From assembly GCA_964016885.1 (NCBI GenBank), contig OZ024743.1:12152001-12216000 (forward strand): a DNA stretch of 64,000 nt. Direction: 5' to 3'. Positions 33,579 to 54,472 of this stretch are shown in pieces (the stretch's first letter is position 1; the number at the start of each line of letters is the position of its first letter). The notes under the pieces were generated by a model. That model was not told the origin of the DNA. It was given only the letters and a program-made list of their open reading frames with translations, and searched no databases. Both the position numbers and the translations under genes were made by a program. The stretch comes from Eledone cirrhosa. Lineage: Eukaryota.

Positions 33579-34689
33579 CATACATACATACATACATACA
33601 TACATACATACATACATACATACATACGTGTATTGTGAATATATTCTATAACACACACACACGTGTGGGGGGGGATACTGGGGGAAAGGATACAAATGAA
33701 TCTAGAGAGGAGTGAATTTGAGCTTTTTTTAGAATATAAAAATATTTTTACTGAAAGTAACTATACGAGATTACTAATATATATATATATGCGGTGCCCC
33801 AGCATGGCCTCAGCCGGATGGCTGAAACAGGTAAAAGAGTAAAAGAGTATATATATATATGACCAAAGATTAGTATGGTTCGCTGATTACTCAACGAATA
33901 CAGTTTTACAATAGATTAGAAGCACTCAACAGCAAAGTTTTCCTGCAGTTTTTAATATTATTCAAAATATTAACAAATGAAAAATATTCTCATAATCAAA
34001 ATATATACTTTATTATATATATTTCAAAGGTACTGTGTTGTTTTTTCAGTACATCCTCATCAAACAAAATATATGATTTGATATAATGCTACGGTCTTGA
34101 TTATTCAATTCCAGTATTGGCAGTGATTTATTTCATCAAATCAAGAACGAAGAAAGAGAATTACCCTATATTTAACTGCTACTTTATTTATTGATATGGC
34201 AATAGAAATAAATTTGCTATCAATTGGATTTGAATTCAGAACACAAAGAGACGGATCTATAACCGCAGTGTATTTGACCGACGTTTTAACTTTACAGGTA
34301 ATGGATCGCTCGTATCATGAAAACAGTTCAACTAAAACTGTTTTTCCTATTTATAAAAGACGGTAGGATGTGTTTGAGAGAGATTCAGCTGTCAATACTG
34401 GATCACAACGGCACATGATTGCCTCACAATGGCACATTGGACAATATACTCCGAAATATATTAAGAGAGGGTAATCATAGCTTGACAAACTTTGACCTCC
34501 AGTCTGCACATTTAGAGATGACTAGGAATTAAACGTCAATAACACTTTGAATTATAGTAACGGAAGGATAAATTACGGTTGATAGGGAAAGGGCAGTATT
34601 TCCTTTATTCACTAAAGTTTACTGTGAAAAGAAAACTTCAGCTTCCGGGCTGAACCATCTCTCCGTCAGAGAATAAATGGGACTGCTCA

Positions 34690-34726
34690 CATCTCTGACG
34701 AAGGATTCATCCTAAAACGTTAAAAC
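34690..34726 (+). ncRNA. Degenerate hammerhead-like motif resembling 13855-13893
   Basis: CTGACGA-agga(ttca)tcct-AAAA-cgt-TA; G12 lost and stem I poor. Confidence 0.35.
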
Positions 34727-35179
34727 TTACTTCTTTCTAGGGAATATGAAATTAATTTTATTTCGTGAACTTTATTCAACCATTTATTTTTATTTTTTTT
34801 TTTTTTTATTTAAACATATGATCATTAATTTACTCAGGCTGTAGTGTTAGTCATTAGTTTATCATCTAGCATACGAAATAATAGAGACGCGTGCCCTAGT
34901 GGTAAGGGTGTTGGACGTAATCTCGGGAGTTCGTTTCCTTGACTGGGTTCTGTGTTGTGTTCTTGAGAAAAACATTTCATTTCGTGTTGCTCCAGTATAC
35001 TCAGTTGAAAATGAATACAAGGAGATGCTGAGGGTTTAACCCTGCAATGGACTCGCGTCTTGTTCAGGGTGGGGGTTGGGGTGTCTTGTACTCTCAGTCG
35101 CTTCACGCCACATAAACCGAGATAAGTACCGGCCTGATGAACCTCCGGGCTCGAGAGAGACTTTAGACTTTTTTATATG

Positions 35180-35372
35180 AAATAATTGTTTCTACTTTAG
35201 GCACAAGGCCAGCAATTACCCAGTGCATTACTGGTACTTTATTTTATCGACCCCGTAAGGATGAAAGGCAAAGTCAACCTCGGCGGGATTTGAACTCAGA
35301 TCGTAAAGGGACGTAACTATGCTGGAAAGCATGGCGTCCGACTCTCTACCGATACTGCCAATCCACCGCCCT
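35180..35372 (-). mobile_element. tRNA-derived SINE family 1, near-intact copy
   Basis: Reverse complement of the 57827-58014 sequence. Confidence 0.88.
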
Positions 35373-36531
35373 AAATATGAAATAATAACTTCTAACTTCG
35401 GCATAAACCTACACGTTTGAGAATTTGCAGATTAAATGATTTGTGTTATTAGTTTCGGCTCTCTGCACCTTTAGTTCCAATCATGCCAGTATCAACTTTG
35501 ACTTTCATTATTTCGGGGTCAATAAGTAAAGTATTAGTCTCGGGTTGGATTGGTGAAACTACCAGAGCGGTAGAAGATTTGGTTTGCCTTCTGAATTCAA
35601 ATTCAGCACCCTATCCAACCTGCACTTGCCTAGCATGGACAGGCATGCCTAATAATGCCATAGTTGATGTGGTTTCATCCTGTAGGGGATCTAAAATGAC
35701 TGGATAGAAGTAAAGTCAATTGTATTTTGTGTCACTATTTTAATGATACTTAGTTTAATCGACTGCATAGAGAAAACAGGCGCAATCAATTCCAACAGTA
35801 TTTGAATTTAGAATATAATCGACGTAACTGAATACTGCTAATACTTGCTAAAATGGGAGGCATTTTCTGACTTTCTATTATACAACGTTATGGCAGAGTC
35901 TCGGCTGTGTCGTTAACACGATGAATAGAATGCTTTGCGGTATTCCTTTCGGCTCTCTGCACTCTCTAAGTTCAAATAGCACCGAGGTTAACTTTGCCTT
36001 TTATCCTTTCGAGGATTGATTTTCTCCCTCGCCCTCTTTCTCGTTCTCTCTCTTGCTTTCTCTCTTTCTTTCTCTGGAAGAAATCGGCTGTGTTCAAACC
36101 TGAAGAGGAGGTAAGCTCCGCCAGGTTCAAAGTGCCCACAATATGCCGTTAGACATCAACGGAAGTTACAGGTCAATATATACATACAATATAAATCGCA
36201 ATCGTTTGTTTTTCTTTTTCTGACATCTTACTAATTTATTCAGTTACTAAAATAACATAGTTCAGAACCTTTTCTTGAATTCTTTTTAAATGCCGCAACG
36301 CCAAACACTGGTAAATAACTTTAGTTTTTAGCGGATTAAGCACAAAAAAACAAACGAATGAATCTTCTCCACGATTGGATGTTATTGGGTACAATCATGC
36401 TCATGTGATAAAGACATTCACTTTGCAGTCACACGATTCTATGTGTCATACATTTTACCTGGGCCTCGGATCGGCCAATGCTGTATAAGTTTATTTTGGT
36501 AAACGGAAAGAGCTTGGAAGCTTGTTGGATG

Positions 36532-36619
<88 letters not shown>

Positions 36620-36626
36620 TATATAA

Positions 36627-36706
<80 letters not shown>

Positions 36707-36711
36707 GTATG

Positions 36712-36770
<59 letters not shown>

Positions 36771-36787
36771 ATATATATATATATATG

Positions 36788-36952
<165 letters not shown>

Positions 36953-37036
36953 TATATATATAGAGTTATAAACTCAAACAGTCTTTTACAATTAATTAGT
37001 TCAAAGAAAGAAGTATTTCTGAGCCGTGAAATACAA

Positions 37037-37261
37037 TTTAATATAAATTAATATATATGATAAACACTAATACAATCATATAAGCGTTTGTATTGTAAAT
37101 GACCAAGTTAGCTAGATTGACAAATACTAATTAGATTAATACAGTTTGCCTGTCTCGATTTAAAATAATAAATCAATAAAAACAAACCCATATTGGTCAT
37201 TTACAATACAAACACTTATATGATTGTATTAGTGTTTATCATATATATTAATTTATATTAA
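37037..37261. repeat. Inverted repeat (arms 37037-37105 / 37193-37261) inside (TA)n
   Basis: ~68-bp near-perfect arms, ~87-bp spacer and a left tail (36962-37036). No HHR core recognised. Confidence 0.8.
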
Positions 37262-37263
37262 CT

Positions 37264-37386
<123 letters not shown>

Positions 37387-37424
37387 GTATATATATATAT
37401 ATATATATAGATATAGATAGATAT

Positions 37425-37462
<38 letters not shown>

Positions 37463-37463
37463 C

Positions 37464-37877
<414 letters not shown>

Positions 37878-37982
37878 TATATATATAAATATAAATATAT
37901 ATATAAATATATATAAATATATATAAATATATATATATAAATATATATAAATATATATAAATATATATAAATATATATATAA

Positions 37983-38972
<990 letters not shown>

Positions 38973-39165
38973 TATATATATAGAGTGAGAGAGATTATAC
39001 ATGTATCAAGTTATGTTCAAATCATTTAATCGCTGACAATTGTTTCTTCCAAATTTAGTTTGGAGTCATCGGAGCATTCTTTTACTGGTAATAAGGTAGT
39101 AATAAATTACTGATCTTTCCTGTTTATAGTTGTTTATAGTATAGTATATACATAACTATAAATAG

Positions 39166-39238
<73 letters not shown>

Positions 39239-39804
39239 CTAGCTGTGGTACCCGGCGTTGCACGGGATAAGGTATTTTGGAACGCGGGCCGCCAACAGAC
39301 CTAATCGTGGAAAAACTGCATTCCTGGACAATATGTAAAGAAAATAAACCGAATACTCTGATGGCTGGATAATCTTTAAGACTTTCCTCGATGAAGCAGG
39401 AAAAATGGGGGGTTTTCACAAAATGAATTTTTTTTTATGTGCATAATATGCCTTGAAATTTCGGGAAAATTGGCTAGAGGTAACGCCTCAAAAACACCCT
39501 AAAAAGCTGAAAAAATGAAGTTTTTCACCTAATGCGGGCCCTAGGCCATAAAAAAGTTGGATTTTCTTTGCTCACAGTATGTAGAAGAGACTGACTAATA
39601 CATAATTACAATTTCAAGGAAATCGGTCTGACGTAACGCCTCAAAAAAACCCTAAAAAGCTGAAAAAAACGCAGTTTTTCACCTAATGCGGGCCCTAAGG
39701 GATCAAAAGGTTGAATCTTTTATGTGCATAACACTCCCGGAAACATAAGTAATACACATGTAAAGTTTGAAAAAAGTCGGTTGGGTACTTCTCGAGTTTT
39801 AGGG

Positions 39805-39868
<64 letters not shown>

Positions 39869-39889
39869 CCTCAGTTTTATATATATAGA
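39239..39889 (-). mobile_element. Non-autonomous Helitron
   Basis: Minus strand A|TCTATATATATAAAA...hairpin CCCG-tgcaacgc-CGGG...CTAG|T, with an internal ~65-bp duplication and a (CA)n tract. Confidence 0.82.
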
Positions 39890-41086
39890 TGATGGCTGCC
39901 CCCTCGTTATCGAGTATGGCCATTGCACGATATACCATTATTAATAATTATTAATTAATTCTATCATGCAATGCCTGTGCATGAAGATAATTTTTAAAGT
40001 GAGGAAAGACTGTGCACTGAGCCAATCCCACTCTCTGGGCGACAGTAGCTATAACCCGAAAAGAAGAAAAGATCAACATCATCGGTAACTACTGAGCTGC
40101 CTTATAATTTACGATTTAGGTGTTTCGTTGTGTTCGAAGGCAAATCACTTTATTCTATATAGACACAGTCCACCTAGCCGTTGCGAATAAACATCCGATG
40201 ATCTGGGAATATTAAGCTACTATAAAATAATGTTTTATCCAGGAAGTATAATACTGATGAGTGTATAACTCTCATCAATTATGAAACCGGTGATAACAGT
40301 CATAACACCGTGAAATACAAGAGTCTTTAAAAGTCTGTTGGGTTTGGGGGGAATTTAAAAATATCAACTATAACGTCACTTTAGACATATTCTTTCTTCA
40401 TTATCCTTTCCGCAAGATACTTTTAAAGGATTGGTGGGCTTGCGATGTGAACCGTCTTTTCTTGACATTTTTTATGTAACCAATTCCAAAGAGAGAGGAA
40501 GAGAAAATAGAAGGAATTGACCACAGTACTTGACTGAATAAATAATATATTTAATAAAACGTAAGGTTGTTTTGGGCTTTAGTCAAACTTAGAGCGCAGA
40601 GAACAAGAACGAATAATATATGACTTTCTATCCGACACTCTAACCACTCTATCAATTCGCTACCTTATCATAGATATATGAAAACAATATTTAATGTGCT
40701 ACTAAACATATTTTATTCAGAATGTAACTATCTCAGATATAGATGAACAATATTTCCCAGCAACTCGCTTGCGTTATGTATTTTATCTTTTGTTTGGATT
40801 TTATTGATGAATTAAAGTGTGCGAGGAAAGATTCAGCATTGAAAAGAATAAAGTAGGAGATTTTCGCTTTTAAATCGGATTTATGTATTTATAGACAACA
40901 ATAAATACATATATAAAAAGTCTATGCTGATTAGAGTTTCACCTTTAAGGAATTAAGAATTGAACTAGGTGAATGTGTTTGTGCGTGTTTGTGCGTGTGT
41001 TTCTGTGAGTTTGTGTATGTGTGTGTTTATGCGTTTGTGTGTGTGTGTGTGTGAGTACGATAAAAAGAAAAAGATATATATAAATA

Positions 41087-41119
<33 letters not shown>

Positions 41120-41519
41120 GGGGGGGAGAGAGAGAGAAGGTGAGAGAGAGAGAAAGAGACCGAGAGAGAGAGACCGAGAGAGAGAGAGAGAGGTATGAAG
41201 GGACTAAGTAGGTTGAAAGTTAAAAATAAATAGATCAGTAGACATACAAATGGATACTAGTGTGAATGCCTACATATACATACATATATTCATACATAAT
41301 GGCTGCATCTCGGTTTCGAGAGGTGTCATATATATGTATGTGTATTTATGGTCCTGTAACTCATGTTTGGAATCGTAGGGGCGCCGTAGTGACATACGGC
41401 ATTTATTGGGAATTTTAAGCCTGGCGGAACCCAAGCCTCTCCAGATCTGAACACAGCAGATATATTCCAGAGAAGGGTAGAAAGTGAATGAGAGAAAGGT
41501 AGGAAGTGAGAAAGAGATA

Positions 41520-46520
<5,001 letters not shown>

Positions 46521-46753
46521 GAAAATATATCAAATATCAGATTAAAAGTCTTATTTTAAATTGTCATTCGTTATTTTTATATTTTTATTTTATTTTTCCC
46601 TTGCTTTTTTTCTTCTCGATAAATTGACAGTACTCGTAAACATGTATTTAAAATAGTTAAATGAATGAATGAATAAAAATATATATAAATAAATAAATAA
46701 ATAGATAGATAGATAGGTAAAAGAGTAAAAGAATAAAAGAGTTAGATAGTTAT

Positions 46754-46817
<64 letters not shown>

Positions 46818-47119
46818 GGAAATAAATAGATAGATAGATAGATAAGGAAATAAATAGATAGATATAGAAAGATAAATAGATAGATAGAAAAGTAGATAGA
46901 TAAATATATACATTATACACACTCACCGTTATCTATATTTAATTCTTACTTGATATTGTCTGTTGTATACAAATCTGTGTATAATATATATTGATATGTC
47001 TGTGTGTGCGGTGTGTTTATTTATCTGTATATAAACAAGCTATATTATCGTGAGTCCAGGTATGAAGATCGCGACTTTTACCGTGCTTGCTGTAATTTCG
47101 CTTTCATCTAAACTGACAG

Positions 47120-47850
47120 TTTGTTGCTGCTGTAGCTATTGCTGTTGCTGTTACTGTTTTTGTTGTGCCTGTTGCTTGTGGTGGTGGTGGTGGTGGTGGT
47201 GGTGGTGGTGGTAGAAGATGCTAGTGAAAGTGTTGTGCTAATGGTTATAGTGATAGTGGTAGTGAGTATAGTGGTAGTAATGATAATGATACTGCTGGTG
47301 GTGGCGGCGGCGGCGGTAGATGTTGGAGTGTGAGTGGGAGTGATGCAGGTATTAATGCTGGTGGGTGGCGGCGGCGGCGGTGGTGGTGGTGGTAGTGGGA
47401 GTGGGAGAGGTGCAGGGGTGATACTGCTGGTGGCGGCGGCGGCGGTAGATGTTGGAGTGTGAGTGGGAGTGATGCAGGTAATAATGCTGGTGGGTGGCGG
47501 CGGCGGCGGTGGTGGTGGTGGTAGTGGGAGTGGGAGTGGGAGAGGTGCAGGAGTGATACTGCTGGTGGCGGCGGCGGCGATAGTGGTAGTGGGAGTGGGA
47601 GTAATGCAAGTGATAATGGTGGCTTCTAGTGAAGGAGGTGGTAGTAAGAGTGATGCTGCTGCTGCGGCTGTTGTTGTTGTTGATAATGATGATGTTTGCT
47701 ATTGTTGTTAATGGTTGCTGCTGATAATAGTGGGTGTTATTGTTGTTGCTGCTTCTTGTGCTGCTGCTGCTGCTGCCGCTACTGCTGCTGATGTTGTAGG
47801 GGGAGGTGAAACATTTGACAATGCTGATGCAGTTTGTTGTTGTTGTTTTA
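47120..47850. repeat. GC-rich compound trinucleotide tract (GGT/GGC/GCT/GTT) with ~130-bp internal duplication
   Basis: gatactgctggtggcggcggcggc recurs at about 47290, 47420 and 47555. Confidence 0.85.
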
Positions 47851-47895
47851 TCTGTCAGCTACTCTTTTTCTCTCTGCCTCACTGCCTCTTCTCTT

Positions 47896-47946
<51 letters not shown>

Positions 47947-47983
47947 AGAGAGAGAGAAAGTGTGCATATATTTTTGTGACACC

Positions 47984-48031
<48 letters not shown>

Positions 48032-48520
48032 GGTGTCCCAAAAAATGTATGCAGACTTTGATTACCTGTAAATATTTATTAGAATGTTATTGAAGTGTGA
48101 ATCCATTTTTTGGGGGGACACCCTGTATATATGTGTGTGTGAGTGAGAGAGTGTATGTATGTATGTATGTATGTATGTATGTATGTATGTATGTATGTGT
48201 GTATGTATGTATGTATGTGTGTATGTATGTATGTATGTATGTATGTGTGTATGTATGTATGTATGTATGTGTGTATGTATGTATGTATGTATGTATGTGT
48301 GTATGTATGTATGTATGTGTATATATATATATATCTTGCAATATCTCAATATATATTCGATAAAGATAAATAGTATGAACAAAGTTGGAAGAGAAAGAAT
48401 CCAGTTACCTTCACTTATAAACAAACTGACGTACATACAAACACACATACACTCATATATATGTGTGTCCGTACACACACACACACTGAAACATACACAC
48501 ACACACATGCATACACACTG

Positions 48521-48555
<35 letters not shown>

Positions 48556-49014
48556 CATTTCTGATCGCAGTCAGTTATAGAAAACACACACACTAACGCA
48601 CCCATACACTAATGCACACATACACTAACGCACACATACACTAACGCATACATACACTAACGCACACACAGTCTCATAATGTATGTTACACACAGACACA
48701 TAATCTGTTTTATAATCAAACACGCAGGCACACACATTCGTTTACATAGTCTTTTATACAAAACATATATACACACATAACTATCCCACGTCTATAAGCA
48801 AACTGATGCATCCGCGTACACAAACATTTAATGTTATACACTCAAATATACGCCCGCCAACATAATGTTTTACATACAATCTATTACCCCCCCCACACAC
48901 ACACACACATATGTATATATACATACATATATACATATAAACATACATATATATACACACATATACATATATATATATATATATACACTCAAGCACACAC
49001 ATATATATATATAT

Positions 49015-49366
49015 ATATACGATATTAATAAATGGAAACTATATTTATAAAACCATATTTATTTCATTATACATATTTCAGGGATACCAAATTAAATTAT
49101 GGTATGCCTTCATCAGACAAAATACAATATATAACAGTTTTACAAATAAATATTTGTAAAACTGTTATATATTGTATTTTGTCTGATGAAGGCATACCAT
49201 AATTTAATTTGGTATCCCTGAAATATGTATAATGAAATAAATATGGTTTTATAAATATAGTTTCCATTTATTAATATCGTATATCTACTCCAAATACTTG
49301 TCGAGTGCTTTATATCAGTTATAAAAATATTTACTTGTTGTATCCCAACAATTTAAATAGAACTTT

Positions 49367-49370
<4 letters not shown>
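49015..49370 (+). mobile_element. Fold-back hammerhead element, family B copy 2 (arms 49015-49148 / 49151-49284, tail to 49370)
   Basis: Perfect palindrome with a 2-nt loop. HHR at 49175-49239: tattttgt-CTGATGA-aggcatacca...tggtatccct-GAAA-tatgta-TA-atgaaata. Confidence 0.82.
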
Positions 49371-49418
<48 letters not shown>

Positions 49419-49455
49419 ACACATTTTCAGCAAATGCATAAAAGAATATTCACAG

Positions 49456-49496
<41 letters not shown>

Positions 49497-49838
49497 GCAC
49501 ACACACACACAATAACACATGCATGAATGTGGGTTAAGAATTTCGCTTCGCAGCTGACTCTTCGGGTTCAATCACACTGCGCGCTAACTTAGACATACGA
49601 TTTCAACCAAAGCTTCGGGTCGATCAATGCTTTATAAGTGACATTTTTACTAAACGGAAGCTATGCAGAAGCCCACCGACAGAACCGTTTGTGTTCTTCA
49701 GTAAGATACTTTATCTGCCATCCAATTTAACACAACATTTTAGCCTGTTGAACAAAGCTCATTCCATCGCCAGAATTCGCCCGAAGACTTTGGCCATAGT
49801 TTAATTTCCACTCTTCCTCGAACGAGTTTGCGAGACTC

Positions 49839-50035
49839 TGTAAAATGCCATGGGCACACCACTTTTCTTGTATGACGTAGTCATACAAGAGTTTCGCCTG
49901 GTTCTCATAGGGTCACCAGACTATATAGAATAAGATGTCATGTAAAATGTCATGGGCACACCACTTTTCTTGTATGACTATGTCATACAAGAGTTTCGCC
50001 TGCTTCTCATAGGGTCACCAGACTATATAGAATAA
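49839..50035. repeat. Two-copy direct repeat, period 102 bp, each copy with a tcttgtatgac/gtcatacaaga hairpin
   Basis: Copies begin at 49839 and 49941. Confidence 0.9.
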
Positions 50036-50117
50036 AAATCTAGGTTTATATCTAAATTATAAGGTGATGTCGTCTGCTGATTACATTATTTCATTATATT
50101 AATTTTTGTTAATATCA

Positions 50118-50725
50118 TCTTCCAACCAGTTTGTTGAAAGATGGGTGAGAGTGGCAAGGATGGTCCGTGTGAATGGGCCTGCCTTGAGCATACGCCTGTA
50201 GATTGGAGTAGAAAAATTGAGAGAGGGCACTTTGCCCGAGCGGACAGAGTGGCTTTTGTGGGATTTCTCCACGAGTGACGCTTGGAGTCGACTCAACTTT
50301 TGTTATATTTGTTTTTAAATGTTATTTTCTTAGTCTCCGCTATACATTTTATTTTAAACAAAAAACCCCCACACTGTATCGTCCTGTCCCGTCTTTAATG
50401 TTTCCTTAATGTGAGCTCTGTGTGGCCAATAAAGAAATTATTATTATTATTATTAAATTATTATTCTGGTGGCCATGGTAAAAGAGGTTGTATGGTGGAT
50501 GCGTCTAAAAGGGTTGAAGACGGGTACTTTCCTCTTCAATGACGCCCTCATTAACTTTTTCAGGTTTCACCTAAAAAGGGTGGAGAGGAAAGTGCTACCT
50601 TCCAGTCAGTTTGTTGAAAGGTGGGTGAAAGAGGCAAGAATGACCCGTATGAATGGGCCTACCCTGAGCGTGTGCCTGTAGCATTGTAGGAGGAAAACTG
50701 GAAGAGGGCGCTTGACCTAGCGGTC
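50118..50725 (+). mobile_element. Two L1/Tx1-like LINE 3' fragments (related copy at about 58980-59325)
   Basis: cttcca.cagtttgttgaaag.tgggtga repeated. AATAAA plus (ATT)n tail at 50428-50465. Peptide KEVVWWMR...FVERW resembles a Tx1/L1 ORF2 C-terminus. Confidence 0.6.
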
Positions 50726-51199
50726 GTGGCGCTACATTGACATGCGACGTATCTAGGACATTTTTAAATCTGGCGGTGCCCATCTCTTCTCCAGGTCTGA
50801 ATACAGCAGATTTCTTCCAGAGAAGGATAGAAAGTAAGAAATGGATATGAGAAAGGGATATAGAGTAAGAATCGACCACAGTACCTGACTGGTACTTTTT
50901 ATCGACCTCGAATGGATAAAAGGCAAAATTGACCTCGGTGGGATTTGAACTCAGAGAGTAGAGAGCCGACACGAATACCACAAAACATTCTATCCGACGT
51001 TCTAACGACTCTGCCAACTCGCCGCTTTCTGTCCACGATACTTTCACCAAAACACCCCACATTTTCTTTTCTTTTTGTTGTTTACACTCATGTTGCAAAT
51101 TATCAGAGCTGTCAGTAATTGAATACAAATCAAATTAGATCTAATATCACATATTTCTCATAGAAAATAAAATCATTCTCTCTTATATACACATATATA

Positions 51200-51500
51200 C
51201 ACCAGGTATAAAGTACCAAACTCCCACTGTCACTGCCTCCGTATCTTCCCATCTTTCAAAATTGTGAACAAATGAGGACCTACGCGCTGGCTGCCTCGCG
51301 GCCCCGGCGGACAGAATAGAGAAGGCGTTTCTCTGGAGGATGGTGAAGGAGACACACTGTGAGAGGCATTCCAGCTTGTGACGCTCACACCTGCGGATAG
51401 CCAACTCTGTGCCGATGCTGGTGAGCAGGAAGGTGGCCCTAGGGCCAAGGACACCAGAAATCTCCACACCTACGAGCTCGATCGCAGTCATGCTGGAGGT
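51200..51500 (-). pseudogene. CRE-clade non-LTR retrotransposon C-terminal (RLE) fragment
   Basis: VEISGVLGPRATFLLTSIG...LSQCVSFTILQRNAFSIL resembles the ETxGxxGxxA...QRxSxxxQRGNAxxI end of CRE-like ORFs. Confidence 0.6.
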
Positions 51501-52326
51501 AGATCGATATTTAGTTTCTTTTCTTAACTATATATATTCTCTCGCATGAACGTATTTCACATTAGTTTCATTAGATCCTTAAATACAAACATACTGCAAT
51601 TAGTCCTGATTCATTAATTAACAAATAATTATTAATTATTAGTGATTGCTGTGTCTTAAATTATTTATTTCATAATAACTATTAGTGATATTAGTAGCCT
51701 AGTGGGATTCCCACTACTAGACAGATTCCAGTGAGCATTTAGATTTATGTATGACAAGTAACTCCTTCAAATTTCCAAGTCTACCCACTTAAACCTTGTT
51801 CAGACAAAGTCACAGATCAAACACGGATAAATTATGTAAATATATTTATATAGAAATATAAACCACGACCGAATAAATTTTAACAAGATACGTTCTCTAA
51901 CAACTATACATACACAAACATATAGATAACCATTTACATCATACATAAAAATACTCGCACATTTTCATTCTGTCACAAAACATATTCACTGGACTAAAAC
52001 AGATTTGGATTTTGGTGCAATTACTTCGTGTATTGTCATTTAACCGTAATGTACAAACGTCGTGGAGGCCTAACATAATTATATGCCTCACTTCTTGACC
52101 ATCTTCAACCAATGATACTGAATATTAAATAGATAGCAATTTGACTGACCCATTTTCTACCAATAAAAAGAAAAGCATTTTCAAACTTCAGGCAAAAGCG
52201 AGACAGTTGCGAAATAACACCACACCCTACCATCTCCCACTACTTTCGAAATTGTGAAACCTATTAAGTCCATTCTCAAATTCTTTTCTGAATACTTCTA
52301 TTTGTATGTCATAAAATTAATTTTCC

Positions 52327-52435
<109 letters not shown>

Positions 52436-52436
52436 A

Positions 52437-52513
<77 letters not shown>

Positions 52514-52531
52514 GTGCGTGCGCGTGTGTGT

Positions 52532-52588
<57 letters not shown>

Positions 52589-52759
52589 CGCGCGTGTGTG
52601 TTTGTGTGTGCGTGTTGCTTATGTATCTATGTTTATTTTTTTTTAATATATATTTATCATTCGGTTCATATACCGTATATGTTCAATTAATAGAATATTT
52701 ATGGTTTGTGGTGTGTATTCTAAGGTGTTTAAGATAAGCAACAGTCGCTCGAAAATATC

Positions 52760-52845
52760 GGCTAACTTATGGCTAACTTATGGCTAACTTATGGCTAACT
52801 TATGGCTAACTTATGGCTAACTTATGGCTAACTTATGGCTAACTT
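52760..52845. repeat. (GGCTAACTTAT)n, about 8 perfect 11-bp copies
   Basis: Direct reading. Confidence 0.95.
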
Positions 52846-53058
52846 CGCCAGAAAACCATAATTCATTTCGAAATTGAAATACCTATTTAAAGATTCCTAA
52901 AACATCGTGAATGATTTATTTACTCACACGCACGCACACACTCACACACATAAACACACACACATACATGCATATATGTATGTATGTATATGCATACATA
53001 CATACGTACATACATATAACTACATACAAGCACGTACACACATACATAAACACAGACG

Positions 53059-53121
<63 letters not shown>

Positions 53122-54342
53122 TCCCACAGTCGCACATACATACCTACATACATAACTGTATATATAACAATGGTGGGAACTGAAACTCTTTTCTATCTGT
53201 ATAAATAATAAAATAAAGCAAATTTTGGCCATGACCCAAGAATGTAGAATGGTTAATTGGAGGTTTGCAACATTAGGAATCGTTTTCATTTAATTTAGAG
53301 CCAGATCTCGGGATTAATATTTTGACAGCTGCTAATTAATAGGTAAATACTGAAAATAAGGTCAGAGTTCATAGATAATTACCCTATTAATTAGTTGAAA
53401 AAGAAGTAAAAAGAGCTACTTGAAAGTGACAAGATATAGACTCAACATCATTGTTGTTAGTCCCGTATCAGGCCTGATTGAACAGATCTAACCTCTAAAG
53501 GCATTGCAGCTGCGACTATTCCTTCTTTATTCTATGCGCTGGGAACCCGGTATAACAGTATTCAAAACCTAATTTTCCTTGACCATGTTTCGTATTTCGG
53601 CAAATATATTCGAGAATGACATTCCCCTCTTCATCTTCACTTACATATAAAACATATTTCGCCATGTTCAACAGAAGAGAAAACGAAGCCCCAAAATTGT
53701 AGGCTAGACGAGACAGCGAGGAGCCGCTCCGTAGCCGATGTACATGCTAGAAAAAGAAATCATATATTCTTTAACCCACACGTTACCGACCATCTTACAA
53801 CAAAAAAAAAATGGCTACACAAAAAATGATCCTGATTACAATTTGTCCATAGAAAATTACACAGGGTAATTTCAGATGAAACATATTTGAACATAGATTA
53901 TTTCAAGTGGGATGATCTGGGCTTAAACAATAACAATCAGTGTATGGAGGAGGACCCGTCGATCTAATCGACCTCATGATGGGTATATCATTTTATCAAC
54001 ACTGCAGAGACGAAAAGATAAGTCAACTCCGGTAGGACCTGAAGATAGAAATTAGATACAAGATAGAAGGTAGTTAATCCGACATCTATTTAATTCGGCT
54101 CCTAAATATTTCTGAAACTCAAACACCACATAGAAATTTCTAACATAGACAAAAGACTAAAAGACAGGTAGAGGAAACAGACGATTTTATTGGTCCAGTA
54201 CGTGATTAGTTCTTTATTTCGTCGACGCCAGAAGGATGAAAGGAAAAGCCTACCTCGTTGGAATTTGAACTCAGAATGTTAAGAGCCTAAACAAATACCA
54301 CAATCGCCCGATTCACAGGTTTCATTGCGTATGTACACGCTA

Positions 54343-54472
54343 TGGTTAGGTTTCTGGTCCTTTAAGGTGAGAATTAGGGTTAAAGTTAGAATCAGTGTTA
54401 GGATAGGGGCTAGGATTAGGTTTGGTTAGGCTTAGGGTTCGTTAAGGTAAAGGTTTAATTTAGGATTAGAAT
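54343..54472 (+). repeat. Degenerate (TTAGGG)n-like tract
   Basis: ttaggg/ttagga/ttaggt/ttaggc variants at roughly 6-bp period. Confidence 0.65.

Noticed and set aside
46921-47115. Possible minus-strand host exon ending at a CG|GTGAGT donor near 46926
   Set aside because: A single splice-like motif with no ORF or acceptor support; RNA-seq would be needed.
47139-48071. Poly-V/A/G/H ORFs resembling low-complexity transcription-factor regions
   Set aside because: Explained by compound trinucleotide repeats with stops in all frames.
54343-54472. True telomere or chromosome-fusion site
   Set aside because: Short, highly degenerate and single orientation; more likely part of a repeat element.
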